Assembly (NCBI GenBank): GCA_032477155.1
Contig: JAWDXK010000021.1
Coordinates: forward strand, 272-64,271
From: Dysgonomonas sp.
Lineage (GTDB): Bacteria > Bacteroidota > Bacteroidia > Bacteroidales > Dysgonomonadaceae
Reading direction: 5' to 3'
Length of the DNA: 64,000 nt
Below are positions 9,575-18,296 of this stretch, one piece after another (the first letter of the stretch is position 1; every line of letters begins with the position of its first letter). Below the pieces are notes generated by a model. It saw only the letters and a list, made by a program, of their open reading frames with translations. It did not search any database and was not told where the DNA came from. The position numbers and the translations under genes are program-made.

Positions 9575-10195
9575 TTACCAATATCTTTCGGAAGGATCAC
9601 CATACAGGGCACGTACCCGTTCCATATCGCCATTTTCCTGACTGCGGATAAATGAAACGGATATACTTTTCTTTGAAAAGTATTTAACCAGGTTTCGGTA
9701 TTCCAGCATTTTCGTATGGATATTATCTATGATCCCCATACGCTCGGCGTCCGTCATAGAAAGCCCGTTAGAGCCGGAAACAACATTTTTTATATCGGTA
9801 ATAAGGTTGCCGCTCTCCTTTAGCAGTATCGTATATCCGTTCGATATGGCTTCCAGTTCCGCGACAGTGAAATTTCTATCCGAAAGCATCTTATTGAAAT
9901 TGCTGGAATATATCTGTGAAATTTCCGATACCATTGCCACCGTTTCCTTAACCTTCCGGGCGTCCTTTATGATATTGTGTACCGCCTGCAATTTGTCGTA
10001 ATACTCCTTTCCCTGGCTGTATATCTTCTGCATTTCTTTGAAGGAGTTAATTACGTTGGCGGCAGTCGTTCCCGTCTTACCGACCGTAAGAATGTTTTGC
10101 GCCAGGTTGGACGGGTCGATAACCGCCCATTGTGCTTTTGCCTCGAAGCCACAGAAAGCAAGGGCTACTGTGAGGCATACAATTATTTTTTTCAT
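9575..10195 (-). CDS. traI: TraI (DUF4141) protein
   Basis: Signal peptide then AQWAVIDPSNLAQ; GLSMTDAERM; LYGDPSERYW C-terminus. Confidence 0.88.
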   Translation of the reverse strand: MKKIIVCLTVALAFCGFEAKAQWAVIDPSNLAQNILTVGKTGTTAANVINSFKEMQKIYSQGKEYYDKLQAVHNIIKDARKVKETVAMVSEISQIYSSNFNKMLSDRNFTVAELEAISNGYTILLKESGNLITDIKNVVSGSNGLSMTDAERMGIIDNIHTKMLEYRNLVKYFSKKSISVSFIRSQENGDMERVRALYGDPSERYW

Positions 10196-10249
10196 TTTTT
10201 TACTGTTTATTCGTTAATACTCGATTGAAGGGCGGGAGTAGCCCGTAGG

Positions 10250-10564
10250 TTACTCCTGCGCCCGTACATATTCGCCGAAAGAGGAAAGCAATAGCATCTC
10301 CCGCTCCCGGTCGTAGGCAATTCCGATACGCCCGTACAGGTCTATGTAATACTGACCGAACACACAATACACAGTACAGTCGCAGACTACCTGCGGGTTG
10401 TTGTAAGTAAGACAGAGCCGGATGCCTCCCCGCTTGCGGGAAGTGTTGCGGTAAACAGTTACCGCAGGCATACCGTCCGGGCTTACCCAACGTCCCGTGA
10501 TCTCCCACAGGTCGAAACCCAAATGCACGGCGCACGGGTCGGATATATTACACTTGCTGAACAT
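10250..10564 (-). CDS. traH: TraH-like (DUF3876) protein
   Basis: GRWVSPDGMPAVTVY and LSSFGEYVR; lies between traG and traI. Confidence 0.75.
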   Translation of the reverse strand: MFSKCNISDPCAVHLGFDLWEITGRWVSPDGMPAVTVYRNTSRKRGGIRLCLTYNNPQVVCDCTVYCVFGQYYIDLYGRIGIAYDREREMLLLSSFGEYVRAQE

Positions 10565-10576
10565 GGCTACCTCCTT

Positions 10577-13078
10577 TTATCCGTTACGCCGTGCCTCGGC
10601 AACCTGCTTTATGGCCAGTTCATAGTTTCCGTCCAGTTCCTCGGCTTTTTTGAACACCTCCATTTTTTCGCTTTCCTCGGTCGTGTAGGTCATATATTCC
10701 TCCATTGATACCTCGGTAGCGTAAACCGCAGATTGCACCCCGCCCAGGCCAAACCAAACCTCTTTATATTTCCGGCTCGGATTGTTCGCCATGTTGATAG
10801 ACAGTATTTGCCCTTTCTCTTTTTCGGTCAGTCCCAAAAGCGCCTGTATCGAATCAAATTTGTTCATGTACTTGCGCTGATCGAGAAGGATTTTACAATC
10901 GCTGTTATTTATGATGCTTTCCTTGACAATCGGCGAGGCAATGATGTCGTCCACTTCCTGCGTTACGACAATGGCCTCCCCGAAATATTTGCGGACAGTC
11001 TTATACATATACTTTAGGTATTCCGCCATGTTCGCGGACGAAAGGGCTTTCCAGGCTTCCTCGACGATCAGTTGCTTTCGGACACCCTTTAACCGCCTCA
11101 TTTTGTTAATGAAAGCCTCCATGATGATAATTGTTACCACCGGGAACAATTCTTTATTCTCTTTTATGGAATCAATTTCAAATACGATAAAGGATTTATT
11201 CAGCAGGTCGATATTTTCCGCCGAGTTCAGCAGGAAGTCGAAACGGCCACCTTTGTAGTATTGCCGCAGGGTGGTAAGCATATTGTCGATATTGAAGTCC
11301 TGGAGGCTTACTTTTATCTCGCGCTGTTCCAGTTCCCGGCGGTAGTCGTCCCGCATATACTCATAGAAAGTATTAAAGCACGGTACGATAGTGCGGTCTG
11401 CCCTGATCCGGTCGATATAAGCCGATACCGCGCTGCCGAGTTCTCCGCTTTCCGTCTTGCTTACCCGGTCGTCGTCAGATTTCCACAACGTCAGGAGCAG
11501 CGTTTTAATACTGTCCTTCTTTTCCACGTCAAAAACATAATCGTCCGTGTAAAAGGGATTGAAGGATATGGGGCTTTCTTCGGTATAGGTATAATAGATA
11601 CCGTCCTGGCCTTTGGTTTTCCGGCGCACCATTTCACAAAGCCCCTGATAGCTGTTACCCGTATCGACCAGGACGACGTGCGTACCCTGTTCCCAATACT
11701 GCCTTACAAGGTGGTTCATAAAAAAGGACTTGCCGGAGCCGGAAGGCCCCAACACGAATTTATTTCGGTTGGTGGTTATTCCGCGTTTCATCGGCAAGTC
11801 CGATATATCCACATGGATAGGCTTACCCGAAACCCGGTCGGCCATTTTGATACCGAAAGGCGACGGAGAGCTTTTATAGTTCGTTTCCTGCGTGAAGAAA
11901 CACAGGGCAGGCTCTATAAACGTGTAAAAACTTTCCTCCGAAGGGAAGTCCCCGGCGTTGCCCGGCATAGCCGCCCAATAGAGGGTAGCGGCATCGACCG
12001 TATTATGCCTGGGTTTACATTCCATTAGCGCAAGCTGGCTGCCGACATCGTTACGGATATGCTTTAGTTCCTCCGCATCGTCAGACCACGCCATTACGTT
12101 AAAGTGCGCCCGGACAGAGGTAAGCCCGAAGCTATGCGCTTCGTTCAAATACTTGTCTATCCACTCCTTATTAATTTGATTTCCGCGAGAATAGCGGGAA
12201 AGCGATTGCATATTGCGGGCTGACTTTTCAAACCTCCGCAGGTTTTCGGCTGAATCGTCCAGGAAAATGTATTGATTATACACATGGTCGCAGGACAAGA
12301 GTAAACCCACAGGCGCGGCGAACGAAAGGCGGCAGTCGCTTCTATCCGTAGAAAGACGCTCATAGCGCATATCCGTTGCCACCGTTCCCGGCAAGTCCTC
12401 CACGTCCGAAACCGTATGCAGGCAGATATGTTTTGCACCAATGCGCAGGCCGTCCGCTCCGAGTTCCATATCTTCCAGGCAGGTAGTATCATCCAGCGAA
12501 AGGGCAAAGTATTTTTCCACCAAGCCCGGAGCATCCGGCGTTCCCGTAATTTCGTCCGAAGAAAGCCGGGTCAGCTTTACAAACCCGCTATCGTTTACGA
12601 TACGCTCAAATTGTCCGACCGCCTCCAGGAATTTTTGTGCAGTGTCCTTGTTTACCTCTTTCGGGATAATGTTACCCCGGCATAGACTGGAAAAGTTCGA
12701 CTGCATACGCATCCGTTCTTTCGTCGTCTTTGTCAGGAACAGGAAAGCGGTATGATTAAGGTAAGGCCGCTCGTTAAAGTGCCTTTCAAAACTCCGCGAC
12801 AAGAAACTCATATCTTCCTGATCGGTGGCAGGTCGGTAGTTCTCTTTTACAAACCAATCCTGCTTATGAATGACCGAGTAATCGGGAAGCACTTTTATAG
12901 CCTTGTTCCAGGCGGAATGTATCGCTTCGTATTCTGCGTTCGTTACCGTGTAGAGTTCCGGCAAGTCCACCCGGAAGGCTACCGTTATATCGGCATCCTT
13001 ACTGATTATACAGCCGTTTTCCACCGCCAGCAGCGGAAATTTGCTCTCTATGGTGGCGGCTTTCATTACATTACGCAT
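10577..13078 (-). CDS. traG: TraG VirB4-like conjugation ATPase
   Basis: Walker A GPSGSGKS, IVEEAWKA, RKYFGEAIVVTQ; 833 aa. Confidence 0.97.
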   Translation of the reverse strand: MRNVMKAATIESKFPLLAVENGCIISKDADITVAFRVDLPELYTVTNAEYEAIHSAWNKAIKVLPDYSVIHKQDWFVKENYRPATDQEDMSFLSRSFERHFNERPYLNHTAFLFLTKTTKERMRMQSNFSSLCRGNIIPKEVNKDTAQKFLEAVGQFERIVNDSGFVKLTRLSSDEITGTPDAPGLVEKYFALSLDDTTCLEDMELGADGLRIGAKHICLHTVSDVEDLPGTVATDMRYERLSTDRSDCRLSFAAPVGLLLSCDHVYNQYIFLDDSAENLRRFEKSARNMQSLSRYSRGNQINKEWIDKYLNEAHSFGLTSVRAHFNVMAWSDDAEELKHIRNDVGSQLALMECKPRHNTVDAATLYWAAMPGNAGDFPSEESFYTFIEPALCFFTQETNYKSSPSPFGIKMADRVSGKPIHVDISDLPMKRGITTNRNKFVLGPSGSGKSFFMNHLVRQYWEQGTHVVLVDTGNSYQGLCEMVRRKTKGQDGIYYTYTEESPISFNPFYTDDYVFDVEKKDSIKTLLLTLWKSDDDRVSKTESGELGSAVSAYIDRIRADRTIVPCFNTFYEYMRDDYRRELEQREIKVSLQDFNIDNMLTTLRQYYKGGRFDFLLNSAENIDLLNKSFIVFEIDSIKENKELFPVVTIIIMEAFINKMRRLKGVRKQLIVEEAWKALSSANMAEYLKYMYKTVRKYFGEAIVVTQEVDDIIASPIVKESIINNSDCKILLDQRKYMNKFDSIQALLGLTEKEKGQILSINMANNPSRKYKEVWFGLGGVQSAVYATEVSMEEYMTYTTEESEKMEVFKKAEELDGNYELAIKQVAEARRNG

Positions 13079-13406
13079 AAGCCACCTCCTTCCTTTTAGG
13101 ATAGAGGAAAAAGCGGCGCGAGTTCCGGCGGTTGATTAGGTAACGGGGATGCTGGCGTTTTGCCATTAGCTTCATTAACCCAAATTCGCCATACTGCGTG
13201 TTAAGCCGGAAGGTAAACCAAACCAGCACTGACGCGGAGATAACCCCGAAGCCTATACATATCCACTGATCGACGCCCGCCATGTAGAAAATGACGAACA
13301 GCACGAACACGGACAGCAGGCCGCCCGCAAATATGAAAAGGTACTGACTTTTAAGCCCCTTAAACTCGACGCTTTTTCCAATGCCTTTATTTACATTGTA
13401 CTCCAT
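13071..13406 (-). CDS. traF: TraF (DUF4133)
   Basis: YNVNKGIGKSVEFKGLKSQYL with two TM helices. Confidence 0.92.
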   Translation of the reverse strand: MEYNVNKGIGKSVEFKGLKSQYLFIFAGGLLSVFVLFVIFYMAGVDQWICIGFGVISASVLVWFTFRLNTQYGEFGLMKLMAKRQHPRYLINRRNSRRFFLYPKRKEVAYA

Positions 13407-13428
13407 AATATTGCTTTTTATGGAGTGA

Positions 13429-13731
13429 TTAAAGGAAGAAGGAGCGCAGGATAGTCGCGGCCACGATAAGGAAAATGCAGGCTCCGAACCACGACGCGGC
13501 GGTTTTTGCCGTGTCCGGGTCGCCGCTGGAAAACTTGCCGTAAACTTTTACGCCTCCGATAAGCCCCACGACCGCACCTATGGCGTATATCAGTTTTGTC
13601 CCTGGGTCGAAATACGATGTTACCATGTTTGTAGCATCCGTAATACCACCTACACCGTTACCCTGGGCGAAAGCGTCTGCTGCTGCGGCTACAATTACTA
13701 CCGCAGACAATAAGATTTTCTTTTTTGTCAT
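13429..13731 (-). CDS. traE: TraE (DUF4134, pilin-like)
   Basis: AQGNG..GI..AT..V..YFDP, GAVVGLIGGVKVY, ASWFGACIFL. Confidence 0.93.
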   Translation of the reverse strand: MTKKKILLSAVVIVAAAADAFAQGNGVGGITDATNMVTSYFDPGTKLIYAIGAVVGLIGGVKVYGKFSSGDPDTAKTAASWFGACIFLIVAATILRSFFL

Positions 13732-13885
13732 TGCTTGATTTTTTAAGGCGGCAGGGGGTGGGATTATTCCCCCTTACCGCCGGGATTTTTGTTACTTTTT
13801 TACTTCTCTGATTTTTTTAGTGGTTGGTAGCGCGTAGCTATCCGTAATCTCTTTCTTTCATCTGTTTTACTTTTACGTTCGACAA

Positions 13886-14620
13886 TCAGGCGAAACCGCG
13901 TACATTAAAATCGGTCGGGGCTTTTACCGCTCCGTCGGGTAAAGTTTCCGTCCGTCGGTAGAAGGCGGAAAAGTAATCGTCCATAAGCGAGGACACTACT
14001 TTCTTTTTCGGCTCGTTATTAGCAAGCTGTTCAAAGATTTCTGTCTTGCGAATCTCGACCAACACCCGCCCGGCTTCTTCGCGCTGTGGGGTGGTTGCAC
14101 TTTCGGCAGTTTCCACCGTCCGCACCATTCCCGCCAGTTCTTCAAAGCCGATGCCCTGCGCCATACTTCCCCCGGCTCCGTCCTCCGCCGCCTCGCTTTC
14201 CCAGGTATCTAAATCCCCGTCCTCGTCAGTATCTAATTCCCCCTCTGGCTCGTTTTCGATAACTAAATCTATCTCGCCTGAATTATCTTCCGACTGGCCG
14301 GGAAAAGCATCCGTTCCGGTTTGGTTTTGGAGGACTTCGCCCGGAGTATCCTGTATGACGGCTTGCCCGTTTTCAGTTGCAAATATAGAGGCATTTTCTA
14401 TCCCTTTTTCGTTGATTTCCAAAGTGGTAGCTTGTGGCTTCGACTGGCGTAGGGTAAATTTGCTTTTCCCTATTATATCCTCTTTCGGGGTAGCCCGGAA
14501 AGGGTTAAAACCTTTCTTTCGGGCTGCATTTTTCTTGCGCTTTTCGCCCCGCTCCCAAAGCATATAAATCGCCACGACAAGGGCGTAAAGCATAATCGCA
14601 TAAATGAAATATCTTCCCAT
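13886..14620 (-). CDS. TraD-like (DUF4122-type) membrane-anchored protein
   Basis: N-terminal TM, IIGKSKF, acidic middle, AQGIGFEEL, FNVRGF end; lies between traB and traE. Confidence 0.7.
   Translation of the reverse strand: MGRYFIYAIMLYALVVAIYMLWERGEKRKKNAARKKGFNPFRATPKEDIIGKSKFTLRQSKPQATTLEINEKGIENASIFATENGQAVIQDTPGEVLQNQTGTDAFPGQSEDNSGEIDLVIENEPEGELDTDEDGDLDTWESEAAEDGAGGSMAQGIGFEELAGMVRTVETAESATTPQREEAGRVLVEIRKTEIFEQLANNEPKKKVVSSLMDDYFSAFYRRTETLPDGAVKAPTDFNVRGFA
14380..14450 (-). promoter_or_regulatory. Putative internal promoter inside traD-like CDS (perfect -7 plus activator-like motif)
   Basis: Minus-strand TATATTTG at 14387-14380. The 27-nt motif at 14424-14450 is 26/27 identical to 16191-16217. 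Confidence 0.65.
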
Positions 14621-14644
14621 TGCTATACATTATTATATAATGAC

Positions 14645-15067
14645 CTAAAACACGTCCGTATTCTTCTTACGGTAGAGCTTCGTTATTTCGTCCTGATAGG
14701 TGGAGAAATGATGCTCCAGAATATTATCCAGGTAATTGAAAAGGGAAAATTCATTTTCGCCTATCACGCGAACGATCTTCATTATCCGGTCGTGATGCTC
14801 CTTGCGGATATACACGACTTTCCCGTTACGGGTTTTTATGGCCGCTTCCTTGAAAAACAGGCTTTCGTATTCCTGCACCTTGTTTTCCTTTCGCTTCGGT
14901 TCCTCTTTCACGGGTTCGACCTCCGACGGTTCCTGCGACGGTTCCGGGGCTTGTGTCGTTTCTTCCGGCGCGGGTGCAGGCGGGTTCTCCCGGTTACTCT
15001 TTTTAGAATGACCGATAACCCCCGCTATATCCAGCCCCGAAGTATCTGCTAACTTATCTTTTGCCAT
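14645..15067 (-). CDS. traB: TraB-like DUF3408 protein
   Basis: YESLFFK, VYIRKEHHDRI, YLDNILEHHF..Y..EI..LY. Confidence 0.85.
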   Translation of the reverse strand: MAKDKLADTSGLDIAGVIGHSKKSNRENPPAPAPEETTQAPEPSQEPSEVEPVKEEPKRKENKVQEYESLFFKEAAIKTRNGKVVYIRKEHHDRIMKIVRVIGENEFSLFNYLDNILEHHFSTYQDEITKLYRKKNTDVF

Positions 15068-15073
15068 AGCCGA

Positions 15074-15829
15074 TTATTTAAGCAGTTCCAGCAGTTCATC
15101 GGTAAGGGCGTCCAGGTTAGAGCCTTTCACAAGTGATTTATCCGCTGGGAACAGCGTAGAGCGGAACAGAGCTTTATGGTTTACCGACTGTTCGCGCCGG
15201 AAACGCTTACTGTCCGGGATAAAGGTTTTCAGCAGGGAAAATTCCAGTTCCTTTATCACGGCTTCGTACACCTCGTACAATTCGGACTTTTCCCGCCCGT
15301 CCACCATGTTCCAAAGAAGGTAAATCCCTTTGATGTTGGATTTCCCGGTACTGACGATATTATCCCTTACCGTAATAAGGTAATCCAGGGTGCTTTCCAG
15401 CACAAGACGGTCGGCGGCAATGGGAGCCACGATATAGTCCATGTTGGCAATGGTAATGACAAGTCCTTCATTATTGAGTGTTCCGGGCAGGTCGAAGAAG
15501 ATAAAATCATAATCCCCGTCCTTTGTCAGTTCCCCGGCATCGGTCAGGGCGTCTTTGGTATTGCTCTCCACGACCGGGTAAGCCTTTTTCTGCTCCAGGC
15601 GTACAAACTGCTCGTACAGCATCCCTTTGTAATACTCGTCATTCTCGCACGTCTTAAAATCGCGTTCGCGCATTTCGGCGATTGAGTGCTGCGGATAATC
15701 GCAGTCGATCACGGCTACATTGAAGCCTTTTACATAATGGAGATAGGAGGCCACCAAAACCGTAAGGGTGGTTTTTCCGGCTCCGCCTTTTTGCGTACTG
15801 AACGCAACATACATCGGTTCCTTTTTCAT
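15074..15829 (-). CDS. traA: TraA ParA-family ATPase
   Basis: STQKGGAGKTT deviant Walker A, IDCDYPQHS, FFDLPGT, FRSTLFP. Confidence 0.93.
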   Translation of the reverse strand: MKKEPMYVAFSTQKGGAGKTTLTVLVASYLHYVKGFNVAVIDCDYPQHSIAEMRERDFKTCENDEYYKGMLYEQFVRLEQKKAYPVVESNTKDALTDAGELTKDGDYDFIFFDLPGTLNNEGLVITIANMDYIVAPIAADRLVLESTLDYLITVRDNIVSTGKSNIKGIYLLWNMVDGREKSELYEVYEAVIKELEFSLLKTFIPDSKRFRREQSVNHKALFRSTLFPADKSLVKGSNLDALTDELLELLK

Positions 15830-16145
15830 GTTCACAAATTTTTAATTAGACATTTAGCTGTTTATGATAATGTTTGTTTATCCCTGTTTTCATTCATACA
15901 AGCCTTTTCCTGCATCTGCATATTCCTGTATGAAATCGTATGCTTTCAAAAACATAAAAGCACATACACGCTTTTAGATTTTTATGCTTTTATACTTTCA
16001 AACCAAATCATACACTTTATAAATCCTGCGATTTTATCCGTTTGTCCGGGCAGGCAGATTTTTATTTATATATCCCTGTTTTTATATATCTGAACAGGCA
16101 TATATTTTCATCAAAATTTAATCTTTCCAAATCGCTTTCGGTCTG

Positions 16146-16217
16146 CAAATGAAAACCTATTTTTTCATTCCGACACCATGTTTTCGGGTGGTGGTAGCTT
16201 GTGGCTTCGAGTGGCGT
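16146..16217 (-). promoter_or_regulatory. Putative tra promoter with upstream GTGG(C/T) 10-bp-period motif
   Basis: Imperfect -7 TTCATTTG (16153-16146); motif gtggtagcttgtggcttcgagtggcgt at 16191-16217. Confidence 0.6.
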
Positions 16218-16410
16218 TAATCTTTGAGATACAGCGCATTAAATAAGCTGATAACTTTGCAGCATGAAATGTTACGGCTTTCGTTCGGGGCACATTTAAG
16301 CCTGGAGTACCCCTCTCTCCATTGCCCTCTCGGTACAAATCTTACCCGCTAATGTTAAGGGTAATCTTTGCCCCTCCGCCGGGCAAAAATCATTTGCATT
16401 TTGGCAAATA

Positions 16411-16500
16411 GCAAGGTATGTTAAGTGCATCGCAAAACAAGTTTTGCAGCACCTAACCCTTGCCCCTGCCGGGGGGCGTCGCTTGCCTCCGAAGTCGGCG
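16411..16500. other. Probable origin of transfer (oriT)
   Basis: Lies between divergent traA and mobA. Nested inverted repeat gcaagg...gcaaaac-aa-gttttgc...ccttgc (16411-16463), then ctccgaagtcgg (16487-16498), as recalled for Bacteroides CTn oriT regions. Confidence 0.75.
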
Positions 16501-16563
16501 CTCGATAGGCGTCGGCCATGCCGAGCCGTAACGGATTTATGTTTCACTTAAAAAATCCGTAGT

Positions 16564-17004
16564 ATGAATCAAAAGAATGTACCCCGCGCACGGGGTAAAG
16601 GGGGCAGACCCCCGAAAGACAATCCGGCGACGCACCGCCTGACGGTAAACCTGACAGACACCCAGCACGCCGACTTTCTTACCATGTACGAACAGTCCGG
16701 CGTCGCTTCGCTGTCCGGTTTTATTGCCGCCCGCATCTTCGGCGGCGAGTTCCGGGTAATCCAAACCGACGCCTCGGCGGTCGATTTTGTAATGAAGCTA
16801 TCCGCTTTTTACGGGCAAATTCGCTCCGTTGGAGTGAATTATAACCAGGTCGTAAAGCAGTTGCATACGACTTTCGGGGAGAAAAAAGCGCTTTCGATGC
16901 TCTATAAACTGGAGCAACAGACGATAGAAATAGCGCAGATCGGGCGCGAAGTGCTGACACTTTGCGAAGAATTTAAGGGCAAATTCTTACCTGAACAGCC
17001 GTAA
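16564..17004 (+). CDS. mobA: MobA relaxosome accessory (ribbon-helix-helix) protein
   Basis: GGRPPK, FIAARIF and IRSVGVNYNQVVK motifs. Confidence 0.9.
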   Translation: MNQKNVPRARGKGGRPPKDNPATHRLTVNLTDTQHADFLTMYEQSGVASLSGFIAARIFGGEFRVIQTDASAVDFVMKLSAFYGQIRSVGVNYNQVVKQLHTTFGEKKALSMLYKLEQQTIEIAQIGREVLTLCEEFKGKFLPEQP

Positions 17005-17007
17005 AAA

Positions 17008-18261
17008 ATGGTAGCGGATATTCATAAAGGGAATAACCTTTACGGCGCACTGGCCTATAACCAGGACAAGATCGACCGGGGCAAAGGGCAAATACTGGAA
17101 ACAGACCGGGTATTTGTTCCCTATGACGGACAGTTTCGCGTGTCGGATTGTGTGCAGGATTTCGAGCGGGCTATGCCTTCGCAAATAACAACAGGCAAGC
17201 CCGTAATCCATATTTCACTCAATCCACACCCGGACGATAAACTGACCGACGCGCAGCTTGCGGATATTTCGCGGGAGTACCTCGAAAAAATGGGCTTCGG
17301 TGGACAGCCTTACATGATATTTAAGCATGAAGATATAGACCGCCAGCACGTTCACATTATTTCTACCCGTGTCCGGGGCGACGGCTCCATTATCAGCGAC
17401 AGCAAGGATTACGAACGGAGCCGGAAGATTACCGACGCCCTGGAACAGAAATACGGCCTGCATCCCAAAGGCGAAAGCCAAAAAGAAGCATGGCAGCTTT
17501 CCCCGGTAGACGCTTCGGCGGGTAATCTTAAAAAGCAGGTAGCGAATGTCATTAAGCCGCTTTCCGATATGTACTGCTTCCAGTCCATTACCGAATACCG
17601 CGCCCTGCTCTCCTTATATAATATAAGTGTGGAGAAAGTCGAAGGGAGTAACCAGGGAAACAAGTACGAAGGGCTGGTTTACTCGGCACTCGGAGCCGAC
17701 GGGCAGCGTGTCGGCAAACCCCTTAAATCTTCCCTGTTCGGCAAGAGTGAAGGGGTCGCCCGCCTGGAGGAAAAAATGAACAGTTCCGGGGAGGCGATAA
17801 AGTCCGGCAAGCTGGCCGAAGGAACAAAGGCTGCCGTTTCCGACGCCCTTAAAGCATCACGCACCGAAAGCCAGTTGCGCGACGCTTTACGAAAGAAAGG
17901 TATCGACGTGGTATTACGCCGCAACGATGCCGGGCGTATCTATGGGGCAACCTTTATAGACCACAACAGCCGCACGGTGGTAAACGGCTCCCGTCTGGGT
18001 AAAGAGTTTTCGGCGGGCGTCTTTAATCAGCGGTTTGCAGATAATTCGCCCCGCGAGGATCTGCAAAAGCCCGCACAGAATATCCCGAACGTACCCGCTT
18101 CCGAAGGGAAAAGCAAGCAGCCCCAGACCGGCATTACCGATGTCGGTAAAGCGGCTGGCAGTCTGCTTTCAGTTCTTACACCCGAAACCGAAGGGCAAAA
18201 TAATCAACCTGCACCCCGTCGTCGCAAGAAGAAAAAACGCAAGTACGGGCGGCAGATGTAG
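17008..18261 (+). CDS. mobB: MobB relaxase
   Basis: LYGALAYN, HISLNPHPDD, FKHEDIDRQHVHI (HUH), GRIYGATFIDH, NGSRLGKEFSA. Confidence 0.95.
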   Translation: MVADIHKGNNLYGALAYNQDKIDRGKGQILETDRVFVPYDGQFRVSDCVQDFERAMPSQITTGKPVIHISLNPHPDDKLTDAQLADISREYLEKMGFGGQPYMIFKHEDIDRQHVHIISTRVRGDGSIISDSKDYERSRKITDALEQKYGLHPKGESQKEAWQLSPVDASAGNLKKQVANVIKPLSDMYCFQSITEYRALLSLYNISVEKVEGSNQGNKYEGLVYSALGADGQRVGKPLKSSLFGKSEGVARLEEKMNSSGEAIKSGKLAEGTKAAVSDALKASRTESQLRDALRKKGIDVVLRRNDAGRIYGATFIDHNSRTVVNGSRLGKEFSAGVFNQRFADNSPREDLQKPAQNIPNVPASEGKSKQPQTGITDVGKAAGSLLSVLTPETEGQNNQPAPRRRKKKKRKYGRQM

Positions 18262-18296
18262 TCAATAAAATTTCAAATCATTAAAAAATTAAGATT

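Noticed and set aside
10142..10153. 12-nt match (ctcgaagccaca) to the three-promoter motif inside traI
   Set aside because: Partial, points antisense to tra, and has no -7 element at the 44-45 bp spacing. Probably chance.
11261..12028. 255-aa ORF and many other long antisense ORFs in tra, mob, DUF3945 and topB
   Set aside because: Shadow frames of well-supported GC-rich genes on the opposite strand.
15686..16140. 135-aa ORF and loose AT-rich repeats in the traA leader
   Set aside because: Low-complexity translation, and the repeats are too degenerate to define a unit or array by eye.
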